Of a DNA stretch of 64,000 nt, positions 33,601-43,574 are shown one piece after another. The stretch lies in contig SMSO01000031.1 in the NCBI GenBank assembly GCA_004764695.1, positions 5,562,761 to 5,626,760 on the forward strand. Reading direction: 5' to 3'. Made by a program: the position numbers and the translations under genes. The notes under the pieces are model-generated. The model was not told where the DNA came from, made no database searches, and saw nothing but the letters and a program-made list of their open reading frames with translations. Origin of the DNA: Schizochytrium sp. TIO01 (taxonomy: Eukaryota; Protista; Bigyra: Labyrinthulomycetes). The first letter of the stretch is position 1, and each line of letters starts with the position of its first letter.

Positions 33601-34816
33601 ATGCATGTGCCAAGCGACCGCCTGTCCCCAAAGGGTTATCATCATTTAGGTCGTCCACATAACCGTCAGAATAAAAATAATCTCGCAACTGCGGAATGTT
33701 GCTCAGACACTGGAGTGTAGAGTTCATATAACACGTGTTCCGTAGATTGAAGAGCCCAACAAGACCTGGTTCTGCAGGAGCACTACGGCCATAGGTCCCT
33801 GTGCGTCCAACCCCATTCATGTACGAACGGCTGTTAAGGCTAGCAAGTGTCGAGGAGGGCAGAGCAGAAGGAATAGGTGGATTGTCTGGATCAAGTTCGA
33901 ATTTTCCATTGGGACCAACAAGCTCAATGAAGATGTGCTGATCGTCTGTGATATCATACTCAACCATGGTCATGGTTGGCTCGATCAAACATGCGTGGCA
34001 GCGGCCCATATAAAAGTCCCAGATCCGTGCACCCTTATGATCTAGGCCGTACCGTCTACATAGCATATTAAGCACCTGTTTAACAGTCGCCCCCTTTTCC
34101 AAGACAGCCCGATGAAAGTGAGTTATATCATTTGACACTACAACCTTGACAGGTAGATCCCTAGTGTCTATCTCGCCTTGCGATGACCTTGCTGCTTTAA
34201 AAGCAACTCGAGAAATCTCGGGCCCTCCTCCAAACCGCTCAATGAGGGTGCGCCATGCATTCTCATCCACGATGAAGTAATTTTGATACTCGTTGAGGTC
34301 ACTACATAACTGAAGGCCAAACTTGGTGTAGTGCTCAACAAGTTCCGAGTTATCTACTCTTCCATTAAATGTAAGACTACCAGGAGTCCAATCTGCAGGT
34401 GGCTCTACCCGGCCCATCAAATGGTCTTCAAAAGCTTCTTCGAATTTGCGTTGCCAATCTACGAGAAGGTCAGCCCACGCACATGATACCAAAAAGTATA
34501 TCTTGCCTGGCTTAAGCATAATTGGAGTATCTGTGTCAAAAAAATTTCGATTTAATGTCACAACGTCGTCGAAAAGCTTTGCATACTCTTCAAAATCTGT
34601 TGGTGCGGATACAGTAGGGTCAGCCATGAACTTGGACACATCCTCGCTCTCGTCAACCTCTACTAACTTCTGGACATTGAAATCGTTCAGGGCTTGCTCC
34701 AGAGAGTCACCAGTTTTAGCCGCAGCGCTGCTTCTTCTCCGTGAAGATTTCCGAAGAGACTTCACGCGCGTTCCTGACGCACCGCTCCGCGACGAAGAGA
34801 CTTGCCTTTGTACCAT
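30674..34816 (-). CDS. Ubiquitin-specific protease, DUSP-UBL-USP architecture (USP4/11/15-like), 1380 aa
   Basis: DUSP domain (YFLVSCAW...VDNSEL...FGGGPEI), UBL-like segment (RIWD), Cys box GLVGLFNLRNTCYMNSTLQCL, QHDAQELL, WYCSNCK, LVLHLKRF, His box NHYGGIGSGHYT..WHEFDD, AAYVLFY. First ATG at 34816. Confidence 0.95.
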   Translation of the reverse strand: MVQRQVSSSRSGASGTRVKSLRKSSRRRSSAAAKTGDSLEQALNDFNVQKLVEVDESEDVSKFMADPTVSAPTDFEEYAKLFDDVVTLNRNFFDTDTPIMLKPGKIYFLVSCAWADLLVDWQRKFEEAFEDHLMGRVEPPADWTPGSLTFNGRVDNSELVEHYTKFGLQLCSDLNEYQNYFIVDENAWRTLIERFGGGPEISRVAFKAARSSQGEIDTRDLPVKVVVSNDITHFHRAVLEKGATVKQVLNMLCRRYGLDHKGARIWDFYMGRCHACLIEPTMTMVEYDITDDQHIFIELVGPNGKFELDPDNPPIPSALPSSTLASLNSRSYMNGVGRTGTYGRSAPAEPGLVGLFNLRNTCYMNSTLQCLSNIPQLRDYFYSDGYVDDLNDDNPLGTGGRLAHAFADLIKSLWDTSARLPRAISPGDFKAILDDVHPDFAGFMQHDAQELLSYLLDDLHEDVNRVRQKPYTEPVEANGRPDEEVAEDALAVYKQRNDSMIADLCTGMLLSKVSCPRPGCSHVSVTFDPYMVLPLPVEAGPLKSRMIEVTVIPSHSPLDRKVYRVESPVSGPITLLRNIIAHHSNIPVTSLLLCEVLEHKIIRVIAETMKIETLSNQASVYAFENVDTMKHLDMLHGEYTQWARMPLYLTQEEMLIDENYLGYIGSSSVTGTQQGVAPKGGRAPPVGPPPAPPPLSPQAMLAGIDHIKLTQRKHSACEQIGVSIVSKGPDVSTLSGRKALAMGKYASPFQKGQIWLGHLEPYSFATTRLIMRAEVVHVELVDNEYFRVYILFDVSRIIPKSKNALEQETKLMVGEYVPSEIVEETRAGGNRRKLGRRDGSGSSSDNKEKLKEGMRKSLNRFSPRNVSKALFSNLKKRNSKHRGDSTAGIDDDEAESKAASETELRSVEEEHEMTGEEGSSLDGTGSEGGDNASQTSSKKDEPLVHNMGEVYLEAGPWKAVYYSFDEPSYLKRSTVYKIRASVDEYGSMFYGKFVYEGYQSTETMTFVLRLAPPEMAPLMDLNSPQSHLQPVDRKLSLNNSRSFRVMNSTEVRVGNTTKTFGCLDPGIFVVDYQLSESQAYWMVIDFYVDLYNDFMRDGVGKLEDPPEELSRLPPQLTREDMVQAVEVRYAARNYELKPNPRDPKNGKTLDPSSDDLFFYSKSSFTRIVNRWDVFCPLIQLFQIMDTYLELKFGRGHMKSEEDMRIEDCLELLCSTEKLSEEDSWYCSNCKVHTEATKTLQIWSFPPVLVLHLKRFAQEEDGYFSEKLQTQINFPLEGLDLRQYALDPESQEAAIYDLCCVTNHYGGIGSGHYTCYTRHEPDGTWHEFDDDAVFPVRNLAAICSTAAYVLFYLRRDFRPARWGEPREQVIMQDSGSPDYLV

Positions 34817-37800
34817 TTTTGTTATCCTGCCTTCAAAAATTCTCGCCAAGGTCGAATCTAGCTGATCTCAATCCCGTATCAACTGGCGCCTAACCAGCCA
34901 CAACCAATGATCAGGCAAAGCAATATTGGTCTGAAGACCTTAGCACGTCGTTTTCTGTCAAAGTTCTTTGAAAACGAGGGAAAGCAGCGACAAAGAAGGA
35001 AATACTCACAAATATTAAGGGCTCTGCACGCGCGCACCTTTTTAATGTTTCTAAGTGTATTTATTTGCTCCTCTCCTCAAAAACCAGCGCGTCTCTGAAG
35101 GCAAGGGCTCCTTGCGAAACCCTTGCGCACTTCGCGGTAGTGGAGATCTCGTGCGCGATGTAGAGGAAGGGCTCAAGCCCGGCCGAACGAACGCAGGGGC
35201 GAACAAGCTAACTGACGAGGAAAGGGACGAACGAACGAGCGAAGGCGAATTCAACTAGAATTGAATTCAACTAGCGACCACGAAAGGCGCCAAAAGAGCC
35301 TCCCTGCGGGTCTCTACTCAGACGAAGGGGCGCGTGGAAGATTCGAGACAGGTTTCAAAATGCACGGCAGGCGCAGCCGGCCGGCTCGAAGCGAGCGGGC
35401 GGCGGCCGAGTCTCAACTGGGCTCGACTGATGCGGAATTGGCGTCTTTGAAGAAAAAGAATGCTAACTTTTATTTATTCCTATTTACTCAATCTGTAATT
35501 TAATATTTATTTTTTTAAATTGAAAAATAGTTTTTGAACTAAACTTAGCAGTCCTAACACCTCTACTAGTATGTATTGGCACTATTTCGTGTGTGTGTAT
35601 GACAATGTACAAAGCCCAAAGCAAGCATGAGTGCTATTCTGCACCTTGTCAGGGTCTCAAGTTTGCGAGCCATCAGCAAACTGGTGTAGCATCATGGTCA
35701 TCATGCAAGTGGGCTCTTCGCAAAACCTTGCAGGTCTAGCGTGTACGACTGGCATAGATACTGAGTCGCTTCAGAGAGTACTTCTGGACTGATTGAAGAG
35801 CCTGATCTATTTTTTAAAGAATTACTTTATATTCTTTGCTATGTACCTACCTAGCAGCAACTGTAGTAAAAAAAGTGCCTGTCTCGTTGCTCATGATTTT
35901 CAAGAGGAGATGAATAAAAGAAAAGTATTAGTTTCTAAAGTTAACGCTATGTGTATGGTACTCCTATGAAAGGTCTTGTGCTGTGTACTAAGCTAAATAA
36001 AATAATCAAAGAATACTTTTTTAAAATTTCTTATTTACTTTTGATCATCAGGGTATCGAGATGCTTCGTTTCAAAGCTCTTCACGATAGGCCCAAATTCA
36101 CTGGATCTCTGTTGACCTGTAGAGCTAGATGCTCCCAGCCCGCCGGGGCGGCTAGAGGTATGAAAGTCTTTTTCCAAAGGTCGCAGCTCCTGTCGCTGCA
36201 AATCACCAGCAAACGCGAGAGAGGGATCGAGGAGGGCGGTGTGCACGCGCTGTGCGAGATGGTTCTGTGGGGGTTCTGTGGAGGTTCTTCCTTGTTACAG
36301 AAAGAAAGTAAAGGTTTCAGTCAAGCTATTAGTTCGAAAAGCCTGAGCCTTTATATCCTATTCGACGAAGTCCGAATGAACAATAACGATGCCAAGTGAA
36401 GATTTGCATACTAATGAGCTAAAGAACTAGGAATCCGTGCTGGAATCTTCACTGAAGCAAGTTTATCTTGATGAGAAGGCCCACCAAGAGCGTTGGATTG
36501 TATCATGAGTTTATGAGTGTTGGTGGGCAGGAAAGGGTTCCTCTGCTGGACCGTGGTCTCGCCTCCATTCGTGTGCACACCTTGACAAATATTAGCTGCT
36601 GGTAGATCCTAAATCCATTGTGAGGTACGTATCTACCTATCTACCTTACACTATATTCACGCCCTGGAATTGGAAGGCTCTGGCGTTGATGATCTGCGAG
36701 GGAAGAGTTGTGTCCCAACAGAATGAAAAGAATGAGTGTACTTTGCTTTGCCTACATGCCTAGATGCCTTGACGCACCCTAAGGATATTAAGGCCTGCAA
36801 AGATTCGAAATGTAAATCAGAAAAGCAGGTGGGTACTGATGAGCTTTACGTGTGGAAAGTAGCTTTTGTTGTTGTAAAATTAATATTAAAGCACACCTTT
36901 TACCTTAAATGCCTAGCTAGATACCCAATGTAAATGCTTGGAAGACGTTGTCATGGTTTCACCTACGACAGACTTGCTGCATGCTGATTTGACCTTACGT
37001 ATTATTTGCCTTATACATACAAAGCAACTGCAAACTAGGTAATATGTAGCAGTAGGTACGCCGCCACTCTCATTAGTTAGAGGTAATGGGCTTAAATCTT
37101 TCAACTTGGGTATAATATTCAAGCCAAAACAATCAATGTTCGCTGCCATGCCTGGGTAGCATCACGTTTCAACCCTGCTATCGATTTTGTCAAACTCGAG
37201 CAATATATGTATCAGGTCTATCGAATATGCTGCAAGGCAAGTCTATAAATTCTACATCATGGCTTCTAGGCAATACGCGAACACGCAGATTTACAATCTA
37301 AGTCTAACTATTGAAGTAATATACTAATCTAACCTCATCTAACCTAACCAAGCTCTCCTGACATCATACATTCATCCCTGCCTGTATCCAAACCCGAAAT
37401 CTCTATAACTCAAATATCATCCTCTTTTTCTTTCTCCTGAGTCCGCCATCCTTGTCAGCCTTCCTCTACACGCTTCGCAATACAAGCTACCCTGCAATCC
37501 TTACTAGTTTTGAAACCAACATGTTCGATCAATGAATTCGTTTCATGTATGACTTCCATACTATCGAATAACCTGGATATAGGAATAAGAATTTATCTAA
37601 ATCAACGGCTCACGGAAATAAACAGAATATGTTAAATACGTAACGAATCATACGAGGCCTCATTTATAGTTTAGTTGTAAAACCTTGAATAAGTTTTGCA
37701 TATTGAATATGGATCTTTATGCAATAAATTACGTTATCATCAGGTATATTAAAAAAGGTAACAGTGAGATGTCAAGCTTCTAACCAACCACTTTTTAAAA

Positions 37801-38558
37801 TAAAAGAGCATTTCACTGATTGTGCCTCAATTAGATTTTTTTCTTGCACTATCTAAATTCAATTTTTTAAAGGAAATGCACTCAATCAGATTTTGCAGAG
37901 CGAAGTGAAATCGTGCAATAAGGACGGAGTAAAGAATCTTGAGAAACCCAACTTTTGGGGGGATTTGGTTTAAGGTAACGAAATCTTATTCAATTATGCG
38001 TATTTTATTTGCAAACATGCTATTTTAGCTGCTTTCATTAGATGAATCATTAATTCAACACCGGATGAAAGGCATTGACTTTGGACAGCCTTGAATTGCT
38101 TGAGTCAGAATAGTGGATATTGCTAATGTAGATTCACAAGTTTTTAAAGGTATATGACTTTTCCTACTAGAGCAAGCAGTCTTGCTTTCAAAGTTCTGAT
38201 AATTTGAGACCTCCCCTCCCTTTTTGCGTGAATGAGAGAGTACTGTGCCATGCAGAGCTTCCTGATACTACCTACCTCCCCACCGAACTATTCTCCAAGC
38301 AGATTTTGTCTCATCTATCTTGGGCCCGTCGCAAGCTACTCACGATTGCGTTCTTTCCGTAAGCCGCAGACACGACCTCGAGATAGATTGCGTGTAGCCT
38401 CGATTGATCGCGGCATCCGCGTAACGTTCTCTTTAGAGAATTCATCTCGTTCTCATCGCCACAATCTAGATATTTGCAGCCGCAAGGATAGCCCCAACTC
38501 CATTGAAATGTTCGCGCTGCCTTTCGCAAACCTGAATATGAACATAAAATCAGACCAA

Positions 38559-38620
38559 GCAGATCAACGCAAATCAAATCAACGCAAAGGAAATCAACGC
38601 AAAGCAAATCAAAGCAAAGA
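38559..38620. repeat. Degenerate short tandem repeat (AATCAACGCAAA-like units)
   Basis: gatcaacgcaaatcaaatcaacgcaaaggaaatcaacgcaaagcaaatcaaagcaaag. Confidence 0.6.
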
Positions 38621-39143
38621 ACTGAGAACTAGGAACCACAAACCTAGTACCTAGTAAAGCACACAAAATCACTGGTGTGGTGGCTCCCTTAGGACTCATT
38701 TAACATTAGATAGCCATGTACCGTGACCCCGGGACCCCTTCAAGACGTTCGAAAGACGCTGCTCACAACTTGATATTCTCTGCAAGCAGCACAAGTTCGA
38801 CCAATACAAGCTGAGGATCATCACTAAAGTCAAAAACCTGACTGCCTCGTCATTATCCTAGCTATTGAGTGAACGTTGCGTTGTAAGGCGAACGACCAAA
38901 GCTTAAAAAACGATCTCGTTGATTCACTACTACATTTCCATATGATTAACCCTAGCACTGGAACGTTGGATCTTGCCATAATGAGGTCAGTAGTATTCTA
39001 AAATAGACTTTTTCACAATTTTCTATAGATGTGGTTCTTGATGCATAGCAGATCGAAGTTTGAACGTTGGCATAAATCGATTGGCCAGCTGGCCTCAGGC
39101 CCACGAGCAGTGTTCTGAGTGAGTTCTGATTTGTGCGGAAACG

Positions 39144-41267
39144 ATGACTCAGCGAATGATGCTGGAGCGTGTGGTCATCATGGCGGTGGTGGCTGTAGCC
39201 CTCGTCTTATGCCTCAGTGGACTATTGTGCCTGGGCCACGATGCTACGCTTTGCCCTCGAGAACTTGTAGACTTCGGTACTGGAGATGGCACAGCCCGGA
39301 TTCGAACTGGTTTGGGTGCCGCTTTTTTGGCGACTGGAGTCATGGCTCTTATCCCGAGTGCAGCTGGTTTGTATGTCATGAAGTCCAAAGGCCGTGGAAA
39401 GAAGTCCTTGCATGTGTTGTACGTCTCGCATTTATTGTCAGCTTGGGGAGACCGTATGTGGCAGATGGCAACACCACTGATTTTTATGGATCTTTTTCAA
39501 GACACATTGGTGCCCACAGCAACGTACACGCTGGTGGTATACATTATTGTTGTTTTTGGGTTGCCGGCGCTGGGACTCTGGATTGATCGCACTGAGCGTC
39601 TTGCCACACAACAGATCACATGTCTTGGCGAAAACGCCTGCATCATTGGAACATGCCTCTTGGTGTGTTATGGTGTTCTAAATAACCCTGAAGAGGGTGT
39701 TCGCCCACTTTCACTTTCAAGCTACCCGACAATGGCATGGTTTGCAGCTCTCACCCTGATGGGCTGTATTGGAGAGCTTCTGAATGGCGCCGGAACTGTC
39801 TCGTTAGAAAAGGATTGGGTTGTGGTAATTGCTCAAACTCTGAAAAAGCCTGTGGGGGAGGTCAATACCGTACTACGCCGTATTGACCTTACGTGTAAGG
39901 CGCTGTCCCCGGCACTTTTCGCAGCGCTCTACCAAGGGTTTAGCGTTACGGTGCGCACGAGGATTTTCTACGGTGCAGCCGTGCTTGGCTTTTGGAATGC
40001 GATGTCATGCCCGCTAGAAATTTGCCTTTTACGCTTGGTGTACCACCGCTTTTCTTCGCACCTAAAAGCAAAAGTCCACCAACATGAGGACGGTACTCGA
40101 CATGCTCACCCAATGGGCCACAAACCTCACGCTCATCCGCTTCTTCTCGACTCCAGCGATGATCTTGCGGCTGCAGCAGAACAGGGGCAAACCCGTTCGC
40201 ATTCACACTCGCATTCACACTCGCATTCACACTCGCATTCGCATTCTCATTCGCACTCAGAGCACAATCATAATCATGAACATGGATCCAGCCAAAGTAA
40301 CAATGAGAAGCATCCGCTCATAAGCGGCGGCCAAAGAGCGGCTATTGGCAATGTTCAAGGCAAGGTGCTAGACGAGGTGGTGCTTAGTACGAAACCAAAG
40401 GAACACGTACATCTCCTTCCAGATGGCCGAACACATCGCCATAAGCATGTCATGGGCGACATGCACCCTCACCATCACCTGTCTGGGCATGAAAATGAGT
40501 ATCAGAAGTTCCCTATCCTCCTGAATTCTGACCTGTACGGTCGACCCGCTGTGATTGTAGGCTATGCTCACGAGGACCGCAACAACGTGGGTCTCTTTAA
40601 ATCTCTGCGCATTGGTATGTCTGTTTACTATGCTCAGAACATCTTCCTTGCCAGTGTTGCATATACGATGCTTTACATGACAGTTTTGGACAACGGCCCC
40701 TTAATGACTTCCTTCCTAGAGTGGGCTGATCTTCCCCCCGCACTGGTCGGTATTGGCCGAGGTACTGGTGCTATTTTTGGCCTTATAGGCACATTTGTGT
40801 ATCCGCAGATTGTTAAGCGTAGTAAGGATGGACCATCTACAGCAGGTTTTATTGCAATTTGGTTGTTTTGGTTGCTCTTGGTACCGGTTGGTGTACTCCT
40901 TATCATTGAACCAAGTGGATTCGCTACAAGTGTAACCATGGTTGGTAGTGTCGCACTTTCGAGGACCTTTTTATGGGCTTTTGACCTTGCAGTTACAGAA
41001 CTTTGCCAAATTGGTGTGCCGGAAGATGACCGTGGTGCATTTTCTTCCGTCCAGACTGCATCATACCAGCTATTTTATGTCATGATTCAATGCATGGGAA
41101 TCATCGTTGCGAAGCCAAGCAAATTTCCTATTCTAGCGCTCCTTTCTATTGGCGTTGTCTTTGTTGCCAGTGTCATTTATTCAGTCTGGTATTTTCGGCG
41201 CTCTCGTGAGCTTCGTGATGCAAATCATGAAGAGCATAAGTCTCTCCTTAGTGACAATAAAGCATAA
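39144..41267 (+). CDS. FPN1: Ferroportin (SLC40/FPN1) family metal exporter with large His-rich central loop
   Basis: LYVSHLLSAWGDRMWQMA (ferroportin TM1 signature), SLEKDWVVVI, NTVLRRIDL, MLYMTVL, SRTFLWAFDLAV, VPEDDRG..SSVQ. Extra N-terminal hydrophobic segments. Confidence 0.92.
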   Translation: MTQRMMLERVVIMAVVAVALVLCLSGLLCLGHDATLCPRELVDFGTGDGTARIRTGLGAAFLATGVMALIPSAAGLYVMKSKGRGKKSLHVLYVSHLLSAWGDRMWQMATPLIFMDLFQDTLVPTATYTLVVYIIVVFGLPALGLWIDRTERLATQQITCLGENACIIGTCLLVCYGVLNNPEEGVRPLSLSSYPTMAWFAALTLMGCIGELLNGAGTVSLEKDWVVVIAQTLKKPVGEVNTVLRRIDLTCKALSPALFAALYQGFSVTVRTRIFYGAAVLGFWNAMSCPLEICLLRLVYHRFSSHLKAKVHQHEDGTRHAHPMGHKPHAHPLLLDSSDDLAAAAEQGQTRSHSHSHSHSHSHSHSHSHSHSEHNHNHEHGSSQSNNEKHPLISGGQRAAIGNVQGKVLDEVVLSTKPKEHVHLLPDGRTHRHKHVMGDMHPHHHLSGHENEYQKFPILLNSDLYGRPAVIVGYAHEDRNNVGLFKSLRIGMSVYYAQNIFLASVAYTMLYMTVLDNGPLMTSFLEWADLPPALVGIGRGTGAIFGLIGTFVYPQIVKRSKDGPSTAGFIAIWLFWLLLVPVGVLLIIEPSGFATSVTMVGSVALSRTFLWAFDLAVTELCQIGVPEDDRGAFSSVQTASYQLFYVMIQCMGIIVAKPSKFPILALLSIGVVFVASVIYSVWYFRRSRELRDANHEEHKSLLSDNKA
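40197..40259 (+). repeat. Coding repeat: (TCGCATTCACAC)3 plus variants, encoding (Ser-His)10
   Basis: Three perfect 12-bp units at 40197-40232 followed by degenerate SH codons, inside the ferroportin loop. Confidence 0.9.
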
Positions 41268-42178
41268 ATCTAAATGATGTAGACGCATCAGCACAACACC
41301 CATGAAAAGAATCATTTAGCTCGATATTTCAGTATGCAAGATACGCAATACTACATCTTTCATATTTTCCCTTCTTTCGCCCTGTAAGTGATAAAAATTA
41401 TTCTCAGACTTGTCAAGGTCACTTGATATGTATTTTTCTTTAAACCTGGGTCTTAAGGCACCTGTTATATGTAAAATTTACATAGGCAAACATCTTTCAG
41501 CCAAATCCTATGCGCTTTCACAGATCTTCAAGCTGGGAAATGTTACTTTTTCTGCATCGCATATAGCAGCATGAATTGACGTGTTTATTTCAAGAACGTA
41601 TCGAACTGTTCGACCATAGTCTCTGCAACACTGAACACCAAAAGAGTCGTCGGGAATTGGATGGTTTAGCGTGTAAACCTAAATAATAGAATGGGCGTTA
41701 AGCACTGCGAGACAGTCGTTTTCCTTGGGGGAGATTGGGGGCAAATAGAATTGCTTGGCGCCTTTTGAACCAGCGTTCATCGGAATCGGAATCGATCACA
41801 CGTATAAACCATCAGAAATAAATGGCGGGATAATTATCGCTGTACACATTCAAAGGGAAAGAGAGGAAATAAGAGAACAGGATGCAAATAAAAATGAAGA
41901 ACTACCATAAGAGCAGGTTACACGTTCCGATACGAAGTTCCTAACAATTCATTATTTCTATTTTCCTAGCATATAGCTACCTTTAAGTTTCTACAAGCGT
42001 AACTCTTTCAAGAACATAAAGAAAAGATTTTGACGATCCTATGTTAACCTTTCACACTCGCTCTACTCAAGACCTGGCGGGCTTTCGATTCATAAGAAAT
42101 CTAGTACGCAACGCAAGTCGCCCCGCCCACCAGTGCGATATCTAGTCAAAGTAGACAAACATTTACTATCCCCTAGAC

Positions 42179-43093
42179 TTACTTACGCCTGCGAGCGGTC
42201 TGAGTCTGTTTTGCCTTCTTCACCCCGGCTTTCACGTGTGGCTGCTGCGGTTTCATTTTCTCAGCCGCGGGTACACCGTTTCTCGCTACCATTTTTAGCT
42301 GCTCAGACTTTGATGGCAGGATTGTCGCCGTCGCCAGTGCAACATGCCCCATGTAGTACATCATCTTTGAAGCCACCTCCGCTGCATTTAAGTTTTCTAC
42401 AAACCCATCGTATACAGCCAGTGCCTCTGAAGCTGCCACCAGCGCCATCCCAGTCGCACCGTATACATACGACTCCTGTCCAAACTGTGGCATTCGACGG
42501 CCCCATGCACGGTACACTCCTACAGCCAGGACAGCTGTATATGCACCAAACAAGTATTGATCTATCTGCGGCACGTCTTTTGATGCCATATGGTGTGCCA
42601 CGAAACCGTACGCGCCACTCACAATACTTGCCCAAAGCAATCCAGCGAAACGGCGTGTCCAGCGCCTCGAGGCCTCGCGGCTTCGGTTTTCTGAGGATAG
42701 AGAGCCTTCACAGCGGAAGGCAGAAGCAGCCATGAGAACGCCGGCAGCACGGAAGGCTCGAGGGGCGAAGGGGGTGGCAAGGAGGTCCGCAGCGACATCG
42801 CCGAAAGCGCAGAGTGCTGCACCAACGCCGATTCTATGAGAAAATACAGCACCTTCGGCGGTCCCTGAAAGACCGTCTGCTAGAAGACCAACAAAAGCGA
42901 GGACAAGAACAGGAAATGCACTGCAAGCAGCACGAAGAGCTGCTTGGCCGACACTTTTAACACTCCCATGGGCGCTGTCAGGGTCAGTAGCTTCGAAATC
43001 CGCGCGCCACAAAAATGCACGAGCTGCAAGAGCTGCAAGACATAGTGCAGAGGCACAGAGCAGAACCACGCGACGCACAATCTCTCCCGCCAT
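42179..43093 (-). CDS. YhhN/TMEM86 (lysoplasmalogenase)-like membrane protein, divergent, 304 aa
   Basis: Pattern AFPVLVLA...GAALCAFGDVAA...AYTAVLAVGVYRA...GMALVAASEALAVYDGF...MMYYMGH parallels YhhN (KxLPV..., GLxxSAxGDxxL, YxxxIxxMxWRA, GAxLFxxSDxxLAxxxF, TYYxAQ). First ATG at 43093. Confidence 0.7.
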   Translation of the reverse strand: MAGEIVRRVVLLCASALCLAALAARAFLWRADFEATDPDSAHGSVKSVGQAALRAACSAFPVLVLAFVGLLADGLSGTAEGAVFSHRIGVGAALCAFGDVAADLLATPFAPRAFRAAGVLMAASAFRCEGSLSSENRSREASRRWTRRFAGLLWASIVSGAYGFVAHHMASKDVPQIDQYLFGAYTAVLAVGVYRAWGRRMPQFGQESYVYGATGMALVAASEALAVYDGFVENLNAAEVASKMMYYMGHVALATATILPSKSEQLKMVARNGVPAAEKMKPQQPHVKAGVKKAKQTQTARRRK

Positions 43094-43574
43094 CGGTATC
43101 AATCGTTTCCCACTCCTTGTGGAGACTCTCGCGGCAAGATTTCAAGATACTAATCTGAGATTGCAAGTACCTCTCAAAACTCAACCTTTGTGTAAGATCT
43201 TTCCGTCACTAGAAGAATATTAAACGCCAATGCAATTCACAAGTATGTTGCAATGGAGCCATAGCTCTTTAACACCCTCAAATCAATCCTGGGTTAGGCA
43301 ATCAAATTCATGTTGTCAATCAAACGTCGACCAAGTATTACAATATTCATTGTCGATTCGCAATCGTTTTTCACAGACACAAAAGGATCATCGTCCTACG
43401 AGGTAGGTCTAATAATTCTAAATGTTCCAATAGTTCTTCAACAAAACTCAGTCCGAGTCTGTTCTACTTGTTCCGTATGATCTGTATGTTCTGTATGTTC
43501 GGACTGTCATGGCGGCGGAGAACGACTTTGTGTAGAACTTAAGGATCTCCAGGTTGAAAATTGGAATCTACGCC

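Noticed and set aside
35247-35274. GAATTCAACTAG direct repeat upstream of the USP gene as a heat-shock element
   Set aside because: The spacing does not match nGAAnnTTCn arrays; it could be a simple local duplication.
38559-38620. Short repeats here and at 27391-27444 as CRISPR-like arrays
   Set aside because: No unique spacers, no cas genes, and a eukaryotic context.
42133-42735. 200-aa plus-strand ORF, and similar antisense ORFs at 13706-14449 and 22127-22660
   Set aside because: They lie antisense to well-supported genes and show no recognisable motifs.
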